Part shown: piece by piece, positions 52,730-64,000 of the stretch
Layout: every line of letters begins with the position of its first letter
Numbering within the stretch: position 1 is the stretch's first letter
Source: Trichoplax adhaerens
Taxonomy: Eukaryota; Animalia; Placozoa
Length of the DNA: 64,000 nt
Direction of reading: 5' to 3'
Assembly (NCBI RefSeq): GCF_000150275.1
Contig: NW_002060943.1
Span: 4,236,008-4,300,007, forward strand
Position numbers and translations under genes: made by a program
The notes under the pieces: model-generated
Seen by the model: only the letters and a program-made list of their open reading frames with translations
The model's database searches: none
Told to the model about the DNA's origin: nothing

Positions 52730-55700
52730 ATGGGCCTGGGCTTTGCTCCTTTTCGTTTATTGCCAGAAAGATTTTATCGTTTTGGCAGCAAGTTCGTTTT
52801 GTCTATTGGCAATTGCAAGTTTTCTTCTCTTCATCATCGTTATTATAGCGCTATGTCGACTAATGTGGAATTAGTTTCTTCTGCAAGATGCTTTCAGAGT
52901 TCCATCAATGTTTATAGCCATGACAGGTAAATAGTTTTAGCATCCAATTGTTGCAGGTAGGCATGAACTGATTGTAGTGCATTGGGATGTACAATATCGA
53001 TCCTCCTTTAGCCAACGAAATAGTCAATCTTGCATTGAAACTATCATAAATACTTACAATCTACCTGGATAGCAAGGAACTTGTCATTAGTATGCAAAAA
53101 ATCATGTTGCAATTGCCAAATAATTCTACCTCCAAAACTGGGCATGGTGCATTATTGTTATTTGTACAGTATCTCCCTCCCCCCCTCAAAATAGGTCTTC
53201 CTCTTTTCCTATACAGTAGCTGCAAAATCATCATTCTTGTGTCCGTAATTTTCTCATTATACAGTGCTTGCTTTAATTAAAAAGAGTCTCGCAGCTTGCT
53301 ACCAATCGTTGAAAGTAAAGATAGACAATAATAGAATAATTGTACGAGAATAATTCTCTTGCTAGATTAATAAAAAAATGCTATATAGACATTTTTAACA
53401 GCTTTGTTATGCTGCGTAGCATGAAGTCAGAAACTGCAGCACCATCATATCCGGATCATACTGTAGACTTCGACTCTTACAAGGACTGCATCAACATCAA
53501 CCCATGATCCCAAGTACTTTATAGTTTTTAAGATTCATGCTGCATGCTAGCATGATGTAATTTTTGATATTCTTGCAGCATGAGCGATTTTATACCTTGG
53601 TACATTTTGAACAGCTTTGTGATGCTCTCTACTATTCTAGTGAGTTATTGCACAGTTTCAGCAATGTGTAGAGAATCACTCACTAGTGTTAGAGCGCCCT
53701 AGTGGACTGGATTATACCCTTACCGGTATTTTATACTTTTTTTAAGATTCTTGGGGCATGAATCATTTTATATATTAGTAAAGTGACTAGTATTCCCTTC
53801 GTGTTGAAATCAACTTTTGTGACAGCTTGAAAAATTGAAAACTTGCACAATGTGCATTAGACAGTACAGTACTGTACAGTATGTTATTAATTAAGCGTAA
53901 TCTACTGTAATTCGATTATACTGTATGTACAGGCGTGGCCTTGTAGAACATAAAATGATTGATTTTCAGATAGTGATACTGGAATATACAGGTTAAATCC
54001 AATTTATTTTTGCAGGCTCATTGTTGACAAATGCTCTTCCGTACGTACGTGTAGACAGTTCACAATAGGAATGCTATGTGAATAACTACTACAGTGGATC
54101 AGAAATATGCAGGCCATGACCGATGAAAACTGCTTTATTATTCAATGATATAATACAATAGTTGGTAGAGCAGCCATCTTCACATTTATAACTACAAATG
54201 TGTATAGTTATTTCAAAGCTAAGTTGTTATTTTTAGCTGATCATATTGCTGCTTCCATTCTACTTTTGATCTGATAGAGCACAATTTCTCTTCTTGTAGT
54301 ACTCTTTAGTACAAGTAAATATTGTCAGTCTATTAAAGTCAACCCTGACCTCCATCATAACACTACAAATGGATTGCTTAAATGAGATCATAAGTGCTAC
54401 TGATGACATTGACATTGATTCTTGTGATCATGACGAGTAGAATCGATTAATTACTTTCATTCCGTACCATGCTTTTATTATCGATATATTTGCTGTAGAA
54501 TAATAAAAAAATTTTGCGTAGAAACTTTCAGCTGCTAATCGATATTTTTCTCTTGTTAGTGAGGAACTTCAATGCAAAATGAAATTTGGTGTCATACTTC
54601 CCGATCAAGCTAAGGAATCGAAACTTCCAGTTCTCTATTGGCTCTCTGGTCAGCATTTGTCTATCTTTGTTCGTCGTGTTAAAACTTTTACTTATTGCAT
54701 TAGATGTGGATACTAATGCAAATGCAATTTTGGCTCATTTGCTTAAATGATATCATTGTAAAATTTTTCTACCTCAAGAGATAGTTGCACCACTCCAATA
54801 ATACAGTCCATTGGTGATCATCTGACTAGACACCAAATATAATAGATAGATATATTAGTCACTGAACTCTTGGCGTAATGTAATCTAGGCTTAATATATG
54901 TATAGAACAGGAATTCTAGGGACTTCTTTATCTATGGATTATAGTAAATATCTCATCCTAGTGACTTGATTTTTTCTTACAGTTTCTTCAGTATGGTTAG
55001 AATACTATAATTTTAGTCATATAGTTTTTACAAAATCGTATATCGATGGTCTAGAAATACAAATCAATAATGACATATTGCTCTAATTGCCTAGAAATAA
55101 TGCTAGAAATTGATTTTATTGTCATAGCTTTAAACCTGTAATCCTAGTAATTTATATGCTCATTTATCGGAGTGTAAAAGTTAATTTAATTGTTTATAGT
55201 TGTTTAAAATATCTTATTATCCTTGTAGGATTGACATGTACTGAACAAAATTTTCTTACGAAATCTGCCGCGCATAAAGCTGCTTGCGATAACGGTGTTA
55301 TAATCGTATGTCCTGATACGAGTCCTAGTAAGTATAGTAGTGACTGATACTTTCTATAGGGGTGTATTTAAGTCAATAACGTTGCTCTATTGTTTTCTCC
55401 TATGCGGCTATTTCTAGGGGGATGTAACGTTGAGGGTGAAGAGGATTCTTGGGATTTTGGCACCGGTAAGTAAATATCTATCTAGTTAATCATGGTTATG
55501 GTAAGAATATAAGCTGTGCTCAATGCTTGCCACATTTGATATATATATATATATACAATATCTTGGAAAACTTGCATGGTTCTCGTTCGTTCTTTATAGA
55601 TTCTACTGAGTACATCGTCATTATTAGATATTTTCTAAATTATCTTTAGTAATCATACAGGCTAGGGCTATGTGCTCTTTCGGGATGCAGTGGGATTTAC

Positions 55701-58700
55701 AATAATTGTAAATATCACTTGACTGACCTGATTTGCGATCTGATATTATATAACTCTAAAACTGTTATTTTAGGTGCTGGATTTTATCTTGATGCTACTG
55801 AAGAAAAGTGGAAGAAGCATTATCGCATGTACTCCTACATCGTCAAGGAGGTACATTATATGCCAAATGTAGCTATACCTATTTACACAAATACTGTGAT
55901 ATTTCTTCTAATTTTAGTGTTTGAGTTGAGTCATCACTTTATTAATGTGTAGTGTTTCCAACGAAGTACTTGAGATTATACTTTTATTGAGAGATCGATG
56001 ATGACTGAATCGATAAAATTTCCTATGGCTTATACGATTTGGATATAGTAGCTGACAGAATTATTTAAAAGTTACTGACATTCTTCAATATTTATTGCCA
56101 TGAAAAAGCTGTTTCATTGGTATTATTGTATCAGATTAAGTAGAAGAGATTGGCGCCTTACCGAATAAGTAGCTATAGGTTGTAAAAGTAGCCAACTCAA
56201 TAGAACCTATTTCTGTAGGTTTATTAGTTAGATTCGGCTTATAATTTTCCTTCGATTTATGATACCTAGACATCTAGATTCCATAGTAACTGAATAATTC
56301 ACTTAAAATTATTTCACTTTCCTCGGTAAATACACCCTGAAAAGACTACGTTTTGGGTATTTATATATCATACAGAGTATTAATGATCGCTGCCTTACCT
56401 TATCTTATGAACTGTCAAAGTGTGTATAAAGATCTCAAATTGAATTGATAAAGTTACCTTTAGCTTATACAGACCATTTCTATTTGCAATTCCGTTCAAA
56501 TTAAATAATCCAGACTCTGTAACGAATAAATCAATTGTAAAAGTATTAATTCACTTTTTGTCACTTCATATTATCTGGAAATTTTTATGCTATAGTAATT
56601 TACAAATAGCTTGCCGTATCTGTGCTTGCTGAGTATAACTCTTCTGATATGTCACAGCTATTCACCACCTGCGATGGTGCAGCAAGGCTTTATTGAACCT
56701 GGTCAGATAATGGCTAGTTCATACATTAATAGTAAATAGTTACTACTCAAAGATAAAAATGTCTGATATACCTAAATGTATATTAATAAATTAGTGCTGT
56801 TGAAATTTTTGTAGTAGAATGAATCAATGAATTAACTATCATACGGCTTGAGGATTTGTTTAGTAGGATATATTGTTGTTAAAATAAGTAACAACATAGT
56901 ATTAGAACACAATTTATTGTATAATAACAGGCTTTGATAGAATAATCCCTTAATTATGGTCTGGTGGTGATTGTTAATTCATCGAGTATCATTCCTGCAA
57001 TTTGTGATGATAGTGGACAAATGTATTATTATTATATAGTGTTGATATCTGGTATTGCTTACCATATTGAGTTAATTGCGGATTTATAATCAAGAGTTCT
57101 TCTTCCTTAAATGGTTATTGGCAATTCCCGCTTTTTTTGTTATTGAGTACTGTCCGTAGAAAATGTTAATTTTATATAGTCTATTACAGCTTCAAATAGA
57201 AAGCTATTCTGTGTATCTGAATTGAATATCTGCTTTAGTAAGATGACGTGCATACCTGTAAAGGAGTTTACCTACATAAAGGTTCTTCTAATCTGATGAT
57301 TTAGTTTCCGAAGATTATCTCTGCTAATTTCCCGGTTATACCTGGAAAACAGTCAATTTTTGGTCACAGGTTAGTGATTACAAGGTATTTTCTTATAGGG
57401 GATCTATTGGAATCAAGTAATATTTCAAATTTCAATTTTCAATGTAGTATGGGTGGCCATGGTGCAATAACCATCGCACTGAAAAATCCAGGCATGTTCA
57501 AAGTATGTACTAAAGTGATCTTGAAGTAGCTTTTGCCTTGTATTATTAATGTGATTAATCTTACGGAGGAAAGCAGCATATGAAGATAAAATTTTTTAAA
57601 GTGGTTTTTAATTTTATTTTATAGAGTTTGAGTGCATTTTCTCCAATATCGAATCCAATTAATGGTCCATGGGGTAAGAAAGCATTTACAGGTTACTTGG
57701 GACCTAATCAAGAATCATGGCGGGTAACTTATTGCTTATTGCCATTATAATAGCAATGCAAATGAAATGTTAGGGCACAATTGCACTTTTAAGTACGATT
57801 GCTAACATATTCCTACTTTTTAAAGTGTTTATTACATGTTTTATACCTGATTGTATGTATTCTATTTATAACCTATAATTTAGTGTTACGATGCGACAGA
57901 ACTTGCGAAGAATTACGATGGAGATGAGATTGAGCTGCTTGTAGATCAAGTACGTGCTGCACGTGTGATAGTATAGTTATAGTTGGCTGTCTTTAATTTT
58001 GATAATGTAGTTAATAGTCGCTTCCTGTTTACTGGTTAAGATAAACAGATGGGTCATTAAGTTTCTAAAAAATCACAGTTAACAATATATATGCTGTTAC
58101 TAAATGTAGGTTATGTCAGTAAGGTATAACTTCGTCGCGGTTAATATTAGTGCATGCGCTGTATATATTGATATATGGTAATTTAGTTACCCCATATTGT
58201 GAGCAGATGATACAATGTACGCTACTCTGCATATTTACGAATAGGTCTATCCAAATATGCAGAGATATGAGATATACTTTAACGTTACAACTTTAATTTC
58301 TTATTTATGAAGAAAGTCATCATTACAGAACCATTTTACTTCACCTTTTAATTTCTAATACTAGGGGGCAGCTGATCCTTACCTTAAAGATGAACTGTTG
58401 TTACCTAACTTTTGCAATGCGTGCAATAACAATAAGAAGGTGAAGCTGACTTATAGAGAACACGTAGTAAGTATTGGAGGAGTTACTGTGATTTGTAAAC
58501 GGAGATAGATTATTTATTCAATGATTGTATATTACCGGTTACTATTATATAATTTTAATTTAAAATCAGTGTACTGTATGATTGAAGGTTTAAAAGAGTA
58601 GATTTATTTTAGGGTCTATTCTTTATTTTTGTTTTTATGCAACTGTCATTAATTAATCCTGTCACTTTGATATTTAAAATTTAGGGCTATGACCATGGAT

Positions 58701-58762
58701 TCTATTTCATAGCTACTTTTATTGAAGATCACATCAAATATCATGCCCGTTACTTAAAGTAA
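52730..58762 (+). CDS. ESD: S-formylglutathione hydrolase / esterase D; 11 exons; conserved start at 52853, upstream in-frame ATG at 52730
   Basis: Exons 52730(52853)-52926, 54560-54648, 55229-55327, 55418-55465, 55774-55850, 57305-57369, 57448-57502, 57625-57723, 57884-57949, 58365-58466 and 58685-58762. Translation includes VYSHDS|[45 protein letters not shown], nucleophile GHSMGGHGA, DQGAADPY and GYDHG, so the Ser-Asp-His triad is intact. Confidence 0.95.
55539..55555. repeat. (AT)8 microsatellite in an ESD intron
   Basis: atatatatatatatata. Confidence 0.7.
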
Positions 58763-60447
58763 CTATTCGATGTAGTCATGCTTCATTAGGCTATTGTACC
58801 AATGACTAGCGTCGTTAGTTGCGTCATGCTTAGATATGGTATACAGGGCATATACACTCACCTCAAGAATCTTTTAAGTAGTTAATTCTTTTGGTAGTTT
58901 TGAGAAACGTATTAGTAATTAGATTTGCAGGCTGTTATAACGGTTTTTAAAGACTTTTCATGGAAGGGCTAATTTGCAAACTATTCTGAAGGACATGATT
59001 ATCATATCTTGTCTGCTTTTATTCATAATAAATATCAAGAATTAAAATTTATATGATTATTAAGATTGAGTAATTTATTATTTATGGATAATTTTTATTT
59101 TTGAAATTGGTAAATTTTGGAGAGTGTAGGCGACGTTACTGTTTTGTTCTCAAGCTTATTTGGTAATTCACTTATTGTTAATAACATTTGACAACGTGAG
59201 AACATTTGGGGAGCGTGTGATAAGCTGTTTTCAGTTTTTAAGCCAAATAGAAATGATTAACTCTTACAAACATAATAGAATATTCAGTTACTTACATTGA
59301 AGTGGCAAAATTTAGACTGGTAAACGCGGGATAAATTATACAAGAATAGCCATCAAATCTTGATGGATTTTTTAGTCATGATAAATGAGTGAGAATGAAT
59401 TTTCTTTTATTATTTTTTACGATTGGCAAGAGTTAATAGGTTTTGATTTTCGTCAAATATAGAATTACCTTTATTTTTATATCTACAGTTATGATGTCAA
59501 GTTAATTGTAGTTCATCAGCGATATTAAATTGATGGTTCACATTAATCTAGTTTATGTTCATTCGTCGGGCTGATCTAGAAATAATGACAATGATATAAT
59601 GATAATTATATGATTATTATTCTTATTATCAATGGAGTAGGGTTGATGGTAAGATTTTTCTCTTTTACTTTCGGTTGAATTATATGAAAAAGAGTTATAA
59701 ATATAATAGAAATATTACCAAAGTTAACTTAAAACTTTATTTGTTAATACTTGTAATAGTCTTAGAATAAATAATTAGAGATAGTAGTTCAATATTTAAG
59801 AAATAAATATTTAAGCAGCTTAGTTTATGTACTCGTATACGTATCAGAATCGAATTGTTGTAATATTGTGTTAGTAATTATCCAGACACCTTTTGTCTGA
59901 TGGACAATTTGAAAAGGTTACTGCTTGTTCTGATGACTTACTCAGTTATTTTCCAATTTTATTTCATTTGTGAACATATTGATTATAAGCAGGAAATAAT
60001 TATTAAGCTGGCTGGAAGAACACAATATCAGCAGATGTTTATCATATTGTCCAATAATAGTCTTTAGTCATCGTTAAGATGTGCTATTTAATTATTAATA
60101 TCTAGAGATACTTTATTAATTGTTAGAAAATCGTATTTTGATATCATGTATATATTACCACCTGGTCATTAGCAGTAAATAAACAATGGGTTAAAAAAGT
60201 AATTTATTAGGAGGGGATTAGTCCTTATAGTGGCAATATGGTTATTTTACTAACAGACTTCAAGAAGGCGCTAAGAGTAGGATAAAATAAGCTATTAACA
60301 AAAATTTCATCCATCGAAGCCAATCTGGTAACAGTTAAAAGTAAATACGTCATTGATAAGTGTTTAGCCCAGACGGTGTGGAATTGACAAGGCAGCAAGA
60401 ATTTGGTTTAAAATATAATTGTATCATTGCTTCACTTTAGCCGATCC

Positions 60448-60666
60448 ATGGCTATTCATATAATATTACTCTTAACAGTAGCTGTTGTAAGTAGCTATGG
60501 TAAGGAGGACATCTACCTTGGCTGTATTTATCCTACTAGCAATAATTTCGCAGCTATACGTGGCCAAGGTTATGCAACTGCAGTTAAAATTGCTGCAAAA
60601 TTGATCAATCAGAGAGATGATATATTGCCGGATTATAATTTAAAAATTCTCTTCAAGGATTCTCAG
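60448..60666 (+). CDS. First coding exon of a Venus-flytrap (ANF-receptor-type) domain receptor, most likely a GABA-B-like class C GPCR; the gene continues past the window
   Basis: Signal peptide MAIHIILLLTVAVVSSYG, then DIYLGCIYP...TAVKIAAKLINQRDDILPDYNLKILFKDSQ, ending at a phase-0 GTAAGA donor. INxRxDILPxYxL...D is typical of GABA-B-like and receptor guanylyl cyclase N-termini. No second exon was recognised before 64000. Confidence 0.72.
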
Positions 60667-63600
60667 GTAAGATTGTTATATCATTAATACTGTTATTATA
60701 ACTATATTTTAAGGTATACTAGTATTTGCAGATTTTAATTTGCCCTTATAGTATATGTGTTTTTTCCAAAACTGATCTACACCGTGTCGTTCAATTTTTT
60801 AAATGAGATTTTATTGGGCCGCGGTGTTCGGTAATTTAAAACGATAGATTTGGTAAGATACGCTGTCTCTGAATCATATGCCATAGACATAATAGATGAT
60901 ATCAAATCTGCAGCGGTTCTCTTGCTATCATTTTTGTTAGAGGTGATTATAGAAGGCAGAAAATTGCCTCCTAGTATTACATTGATGAGCCATTCAAGAG
61001 AATTGTCATCAATATTATGACTTGAAAATTGAATTATAAATAATTAGATTTTTACTATATTGCAATTAAGTAAGCTGGCTTAGAGGCGGAATTACTTTGG
61101 GTCATGATTATCATAGGAATCCTATCATATAATGATGATCAAGCCCATCTGCGTATAGCTATGACAACTCGTAAATAATCGATAAATGGTCCTATCAGTT
61201 TACACTTTCTGTATTGTATTTCTGTACTCTAAATCATGTTGTTACTGCTATAGACTGTCTGGATATTTTAGATTGGACCTTAATTTGATGCATGGTCTTG
61301 GCCGAATATATATTTCTCATACAATCGTAGTACAGCCGTAGAATCGTCGTCAACTTACAATAAGCTTGAGCTCTTGATCCGTTGAAGCTTAGCCTATTAT
61401 GATTAACTTTACTCTGAAAGTTATAGTTATAGATTTTATTTATCTTAAGAATTTCTGGTTTATTTTTGTAAATGTATAATAACTGTAAATTATCTAAGTT
61501 TCATCTCCAGTTATATATGGTATTTGGCAACCAATACTGACTATATCTTAATTATTATCGAATTGGTAATTAGTTACCGTAGAATTTCAGTTTAAGTCTT
61601 TAATACTGAATATCCTCCAGGAATTTGTTAACAGTTACTTTGGTTGTAATAACATGTTCGGTCTACAAGTTAAGGATAGAGAAAATTATCTCATACTCTA
61701 TTTGCTGTTGATATTGTGATTGAGAACTATACCATATTATGATTAAGATATAACTGGAATTGCTAGCTTTCATTTTTCCTATTTAGAGGAAATGATTTAG
61801 AATTTTACGATCACTAATTCTGCGTGAAACATTCTCACGTTCGCTGTTGTTAGTAATTCGATTGGATTTAAAGTGTCAACCAATAACAATAATTCAATAA
61901 GATTCAACAACAATTTAATATTGCCATACTAAGTAATTCTTTTGGCCGTGCGTATTCCTAGCATATGGATAATTATTGAGAATAATAATTACCGATCCTG
62001 CTATTACCCTGTCTTTGACAACTGGTGTTCGCCCATAACAATACGATCATTAGGATAATATCTATGTTCTTGGAGGATTTGTTACAATCAAGGGCATACA
62101 AATTCATGCAAAAATCTCTTTCTCTCGTTAATTAATTATTTTTGTCGGCAATTTAATCATTAGAGTGCCTGCATAGACTGCTTGTGAGACCAATATATCA
62201 TATGTTATTCCGATGTTATTGAAAGGTTTTCTTTAAGCAACAATGCAAATTCTTTTAGGTGATCAGTTATATTAACAGTAGAAGGGTCATCGGTGAAGTA
62301 TTATTAGACTGATATTAAGAGTTTTAGTTGCGCATAAAATTTGATGAAACAATGGCCAATATTGTAAATTATTTTGGTAGTTTTAAAAATGCTAAGTTTA
62401 CTGAGATATTCTGAAATTGGCCTAAGGTCATTTTACCGGATTCTAATCATTTCTATCTTCTATTGGTGGCATCATTATTTTTGCTTAGTATAAGGTTTTA
62501 TTTATTATAGAAAGAATTTAAGTTTATTTTACTGTAATTTAATACTATTTGGCATCGCGGTATCCGCTTTCTTAAACAAAGAGAAAATTTGATAAATACT
62601 GCAGCTGACTTCACTAGTTTTACGGCAAATACGATCATTAATTCAATATATTGAGGTGCCATAAGGAAAAATGATCACTGAAAGAAATTAATATTAAACA
62701 TATACCGCTTAATTTAGTCGAACTTGTAGTACTCAAATCCAAAAAATAAAATTTATTATTACGCGTTTAGAAAATTTCCTTTTTTATTTCAGAGCATTTC
62801 ATGATTCTGTCTTTTAGTCTTAAGTGAGATATAAAATTTTATCAATATTGAGTTTCAATCCCTTCATTACATTAAAATCGATTTTGAATGCTTATAAAGG
62901 CGTTACAATCGAAATACAGTACAAGTAAGCACTTCTAAACCGTTGTTATATCCAGATATCTTGGAAAAAAATTTTCTTTATATCATTTCTTTAACTATAA
63001 TTTTATAAAGAACTTTTACGGCTACGATGTTACTCAATTTCAATCTTTTTTCACTTCAGTAACTACAATGACTTAAAGTAATACACTATACTATAACATC
63101 AACTCGATTAGTATCCGGTATGGGTATATAATATACTATAAATGCAAATATTGTTACGGAAAAGTACTGTCAATGGCGCGCAAGAAAAAAATTCCGCATT
63201 GCACTTAAATATTCAATTTAATTTATTTTAAATTAGTATCAAATTTCATATCTTTTTATTTCAAATCTGAATAAAATTCATTAAATCATCTGGTTTTTAA
63301 TTCGATGATGACTCAACATAACGCTTTATTGAAGTAAATGTTCACCAGCAAGTTTCATAACTGAATAAAATTAAACTAAAACAACGAAGGAAAGAGTATC
63401 GTAACAGCATAAGAATTGATTATTAATGCCTTTGGTTTTAGTCATATCTGATTTTTGCTTATTCTATCACTTGAAAGATCATTCAGTCATATCAAGTAAG
63501 TATTGTATAAGTATCAGCATCTATAGCATTTACTACAATGTTTCCTTTACTCTTTTAATATAATAAAGTTAAATTGATAGCTACCGGTAGAACAGACTCA

Positions 63601-63785
63601 ATGATCTTTTCATTACTAAATTTTGAAAATTTTGGTTCCAATAATGTTGCATTTGGTCATTTGCGATCAATAAATACAGGCTTATTTTATATTTTGTCCT
63701 TTTGACCATTATTTGACAATTCTAGTCGTATAATCTACCGCATAAGCTGGATACTCAATTAATCTAAATATGGCATCTATTGAAT

Positions 63786-63912
63786 TCTTGAAATTTTCAA
63801 TAACAAGAAGAATTGTGCTGTATCGAATGTTCATATTCTATTAATCTTGATACAGAACCTATTACAGTCTTGAAATATTCAATAACAAGAACAATTATAC
63901 CATATCGGATGT
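63786..63912. repeat. Short direct repeat (2 x ~45 bp, 82 bp apart) in the receptor intron
   Basis: tcttgaaat(t/a)ttcaataacaagaa(g/c)aatt.t.c..tatcg.atgt occurs at 63786 and 63868. Confidence 0.7.
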
Positions 63913-64000
63913 AGATTTGGGTCCGACTTATCAATATTTCTAGAAAAATAAGCCATGCTATCTTGTTTTTAAATCATCTATGTCTGGCATTAATTGCATT

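Noticed and set aside
52551-52874. 107-aa hydrophobic ORF that looks like a multi-pass membrane protein, and a LINE-like reading on the minus strand
   Set aside because: It overlaps ESD exon 1 in another frame or strand and is explained as a shadow of that exon plus T-rich sequence.
54369-54436. Possible ESD first exon [22 protein letters not shown], with a phase-compatible GT
   Set aside because: Exon 52853-52926 ([22 protein letters not shown] donor) matches the ESD N-terminus far better. Kept only as a remote alternative first exon.

Overview
AT-rich (roughly one-third GC by eye), intron-dense animal genomic DNA with compact genes and many ~60-150 nt introns. The style and gene content suggest an early-branching metazoan, most likely a placozoan such as Trichoplax; this is inference only. 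I reconstructed seven spliced genes by hand from splice sites and phase continuity: the 3' part of TBC1D7 (+), a 910-aa EF-hand/coiled-coil/Rab GTPase of the CRACR2A(Rab46)/Rab44 type (+), GCAT (-), CMTR1 (+, head-to-head with GCAT), goosecoid (-) inside a gene-poor block, ESD/S-formylglutathione hydrolase (+), and the first exon of a class C GPCR/Venus-flytrap receptor (+). The most notable observations are: (1) ESD has an in-frame 41-aa N-terminal extension that looks like a mitochondrial presequence, giving two possible AUGs and possible dual targeting; (2) the large Rab has His in place of the catalytic switch-II Gln, a G>A change in RabF1 and non-canonical EF-hand loops; (3) CMTR1 intron 1 is a tandem array that runs almost exactly from splice donor to acceptor and contains a fold-back hairpin with a 1-nt spacer; (4) CMTR1 has an acidic insertion of about 75 aa; (5) TBC1D7 has a GC-AG intron; (6) the large-Rab gene has an extra splice donor that could give a Rab-less short isoform; (7) a decayed Ty3/Gypsy-like pol relic lies just upstream of ESD. 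No rRNA, tRNA or CRISPR was recognised.
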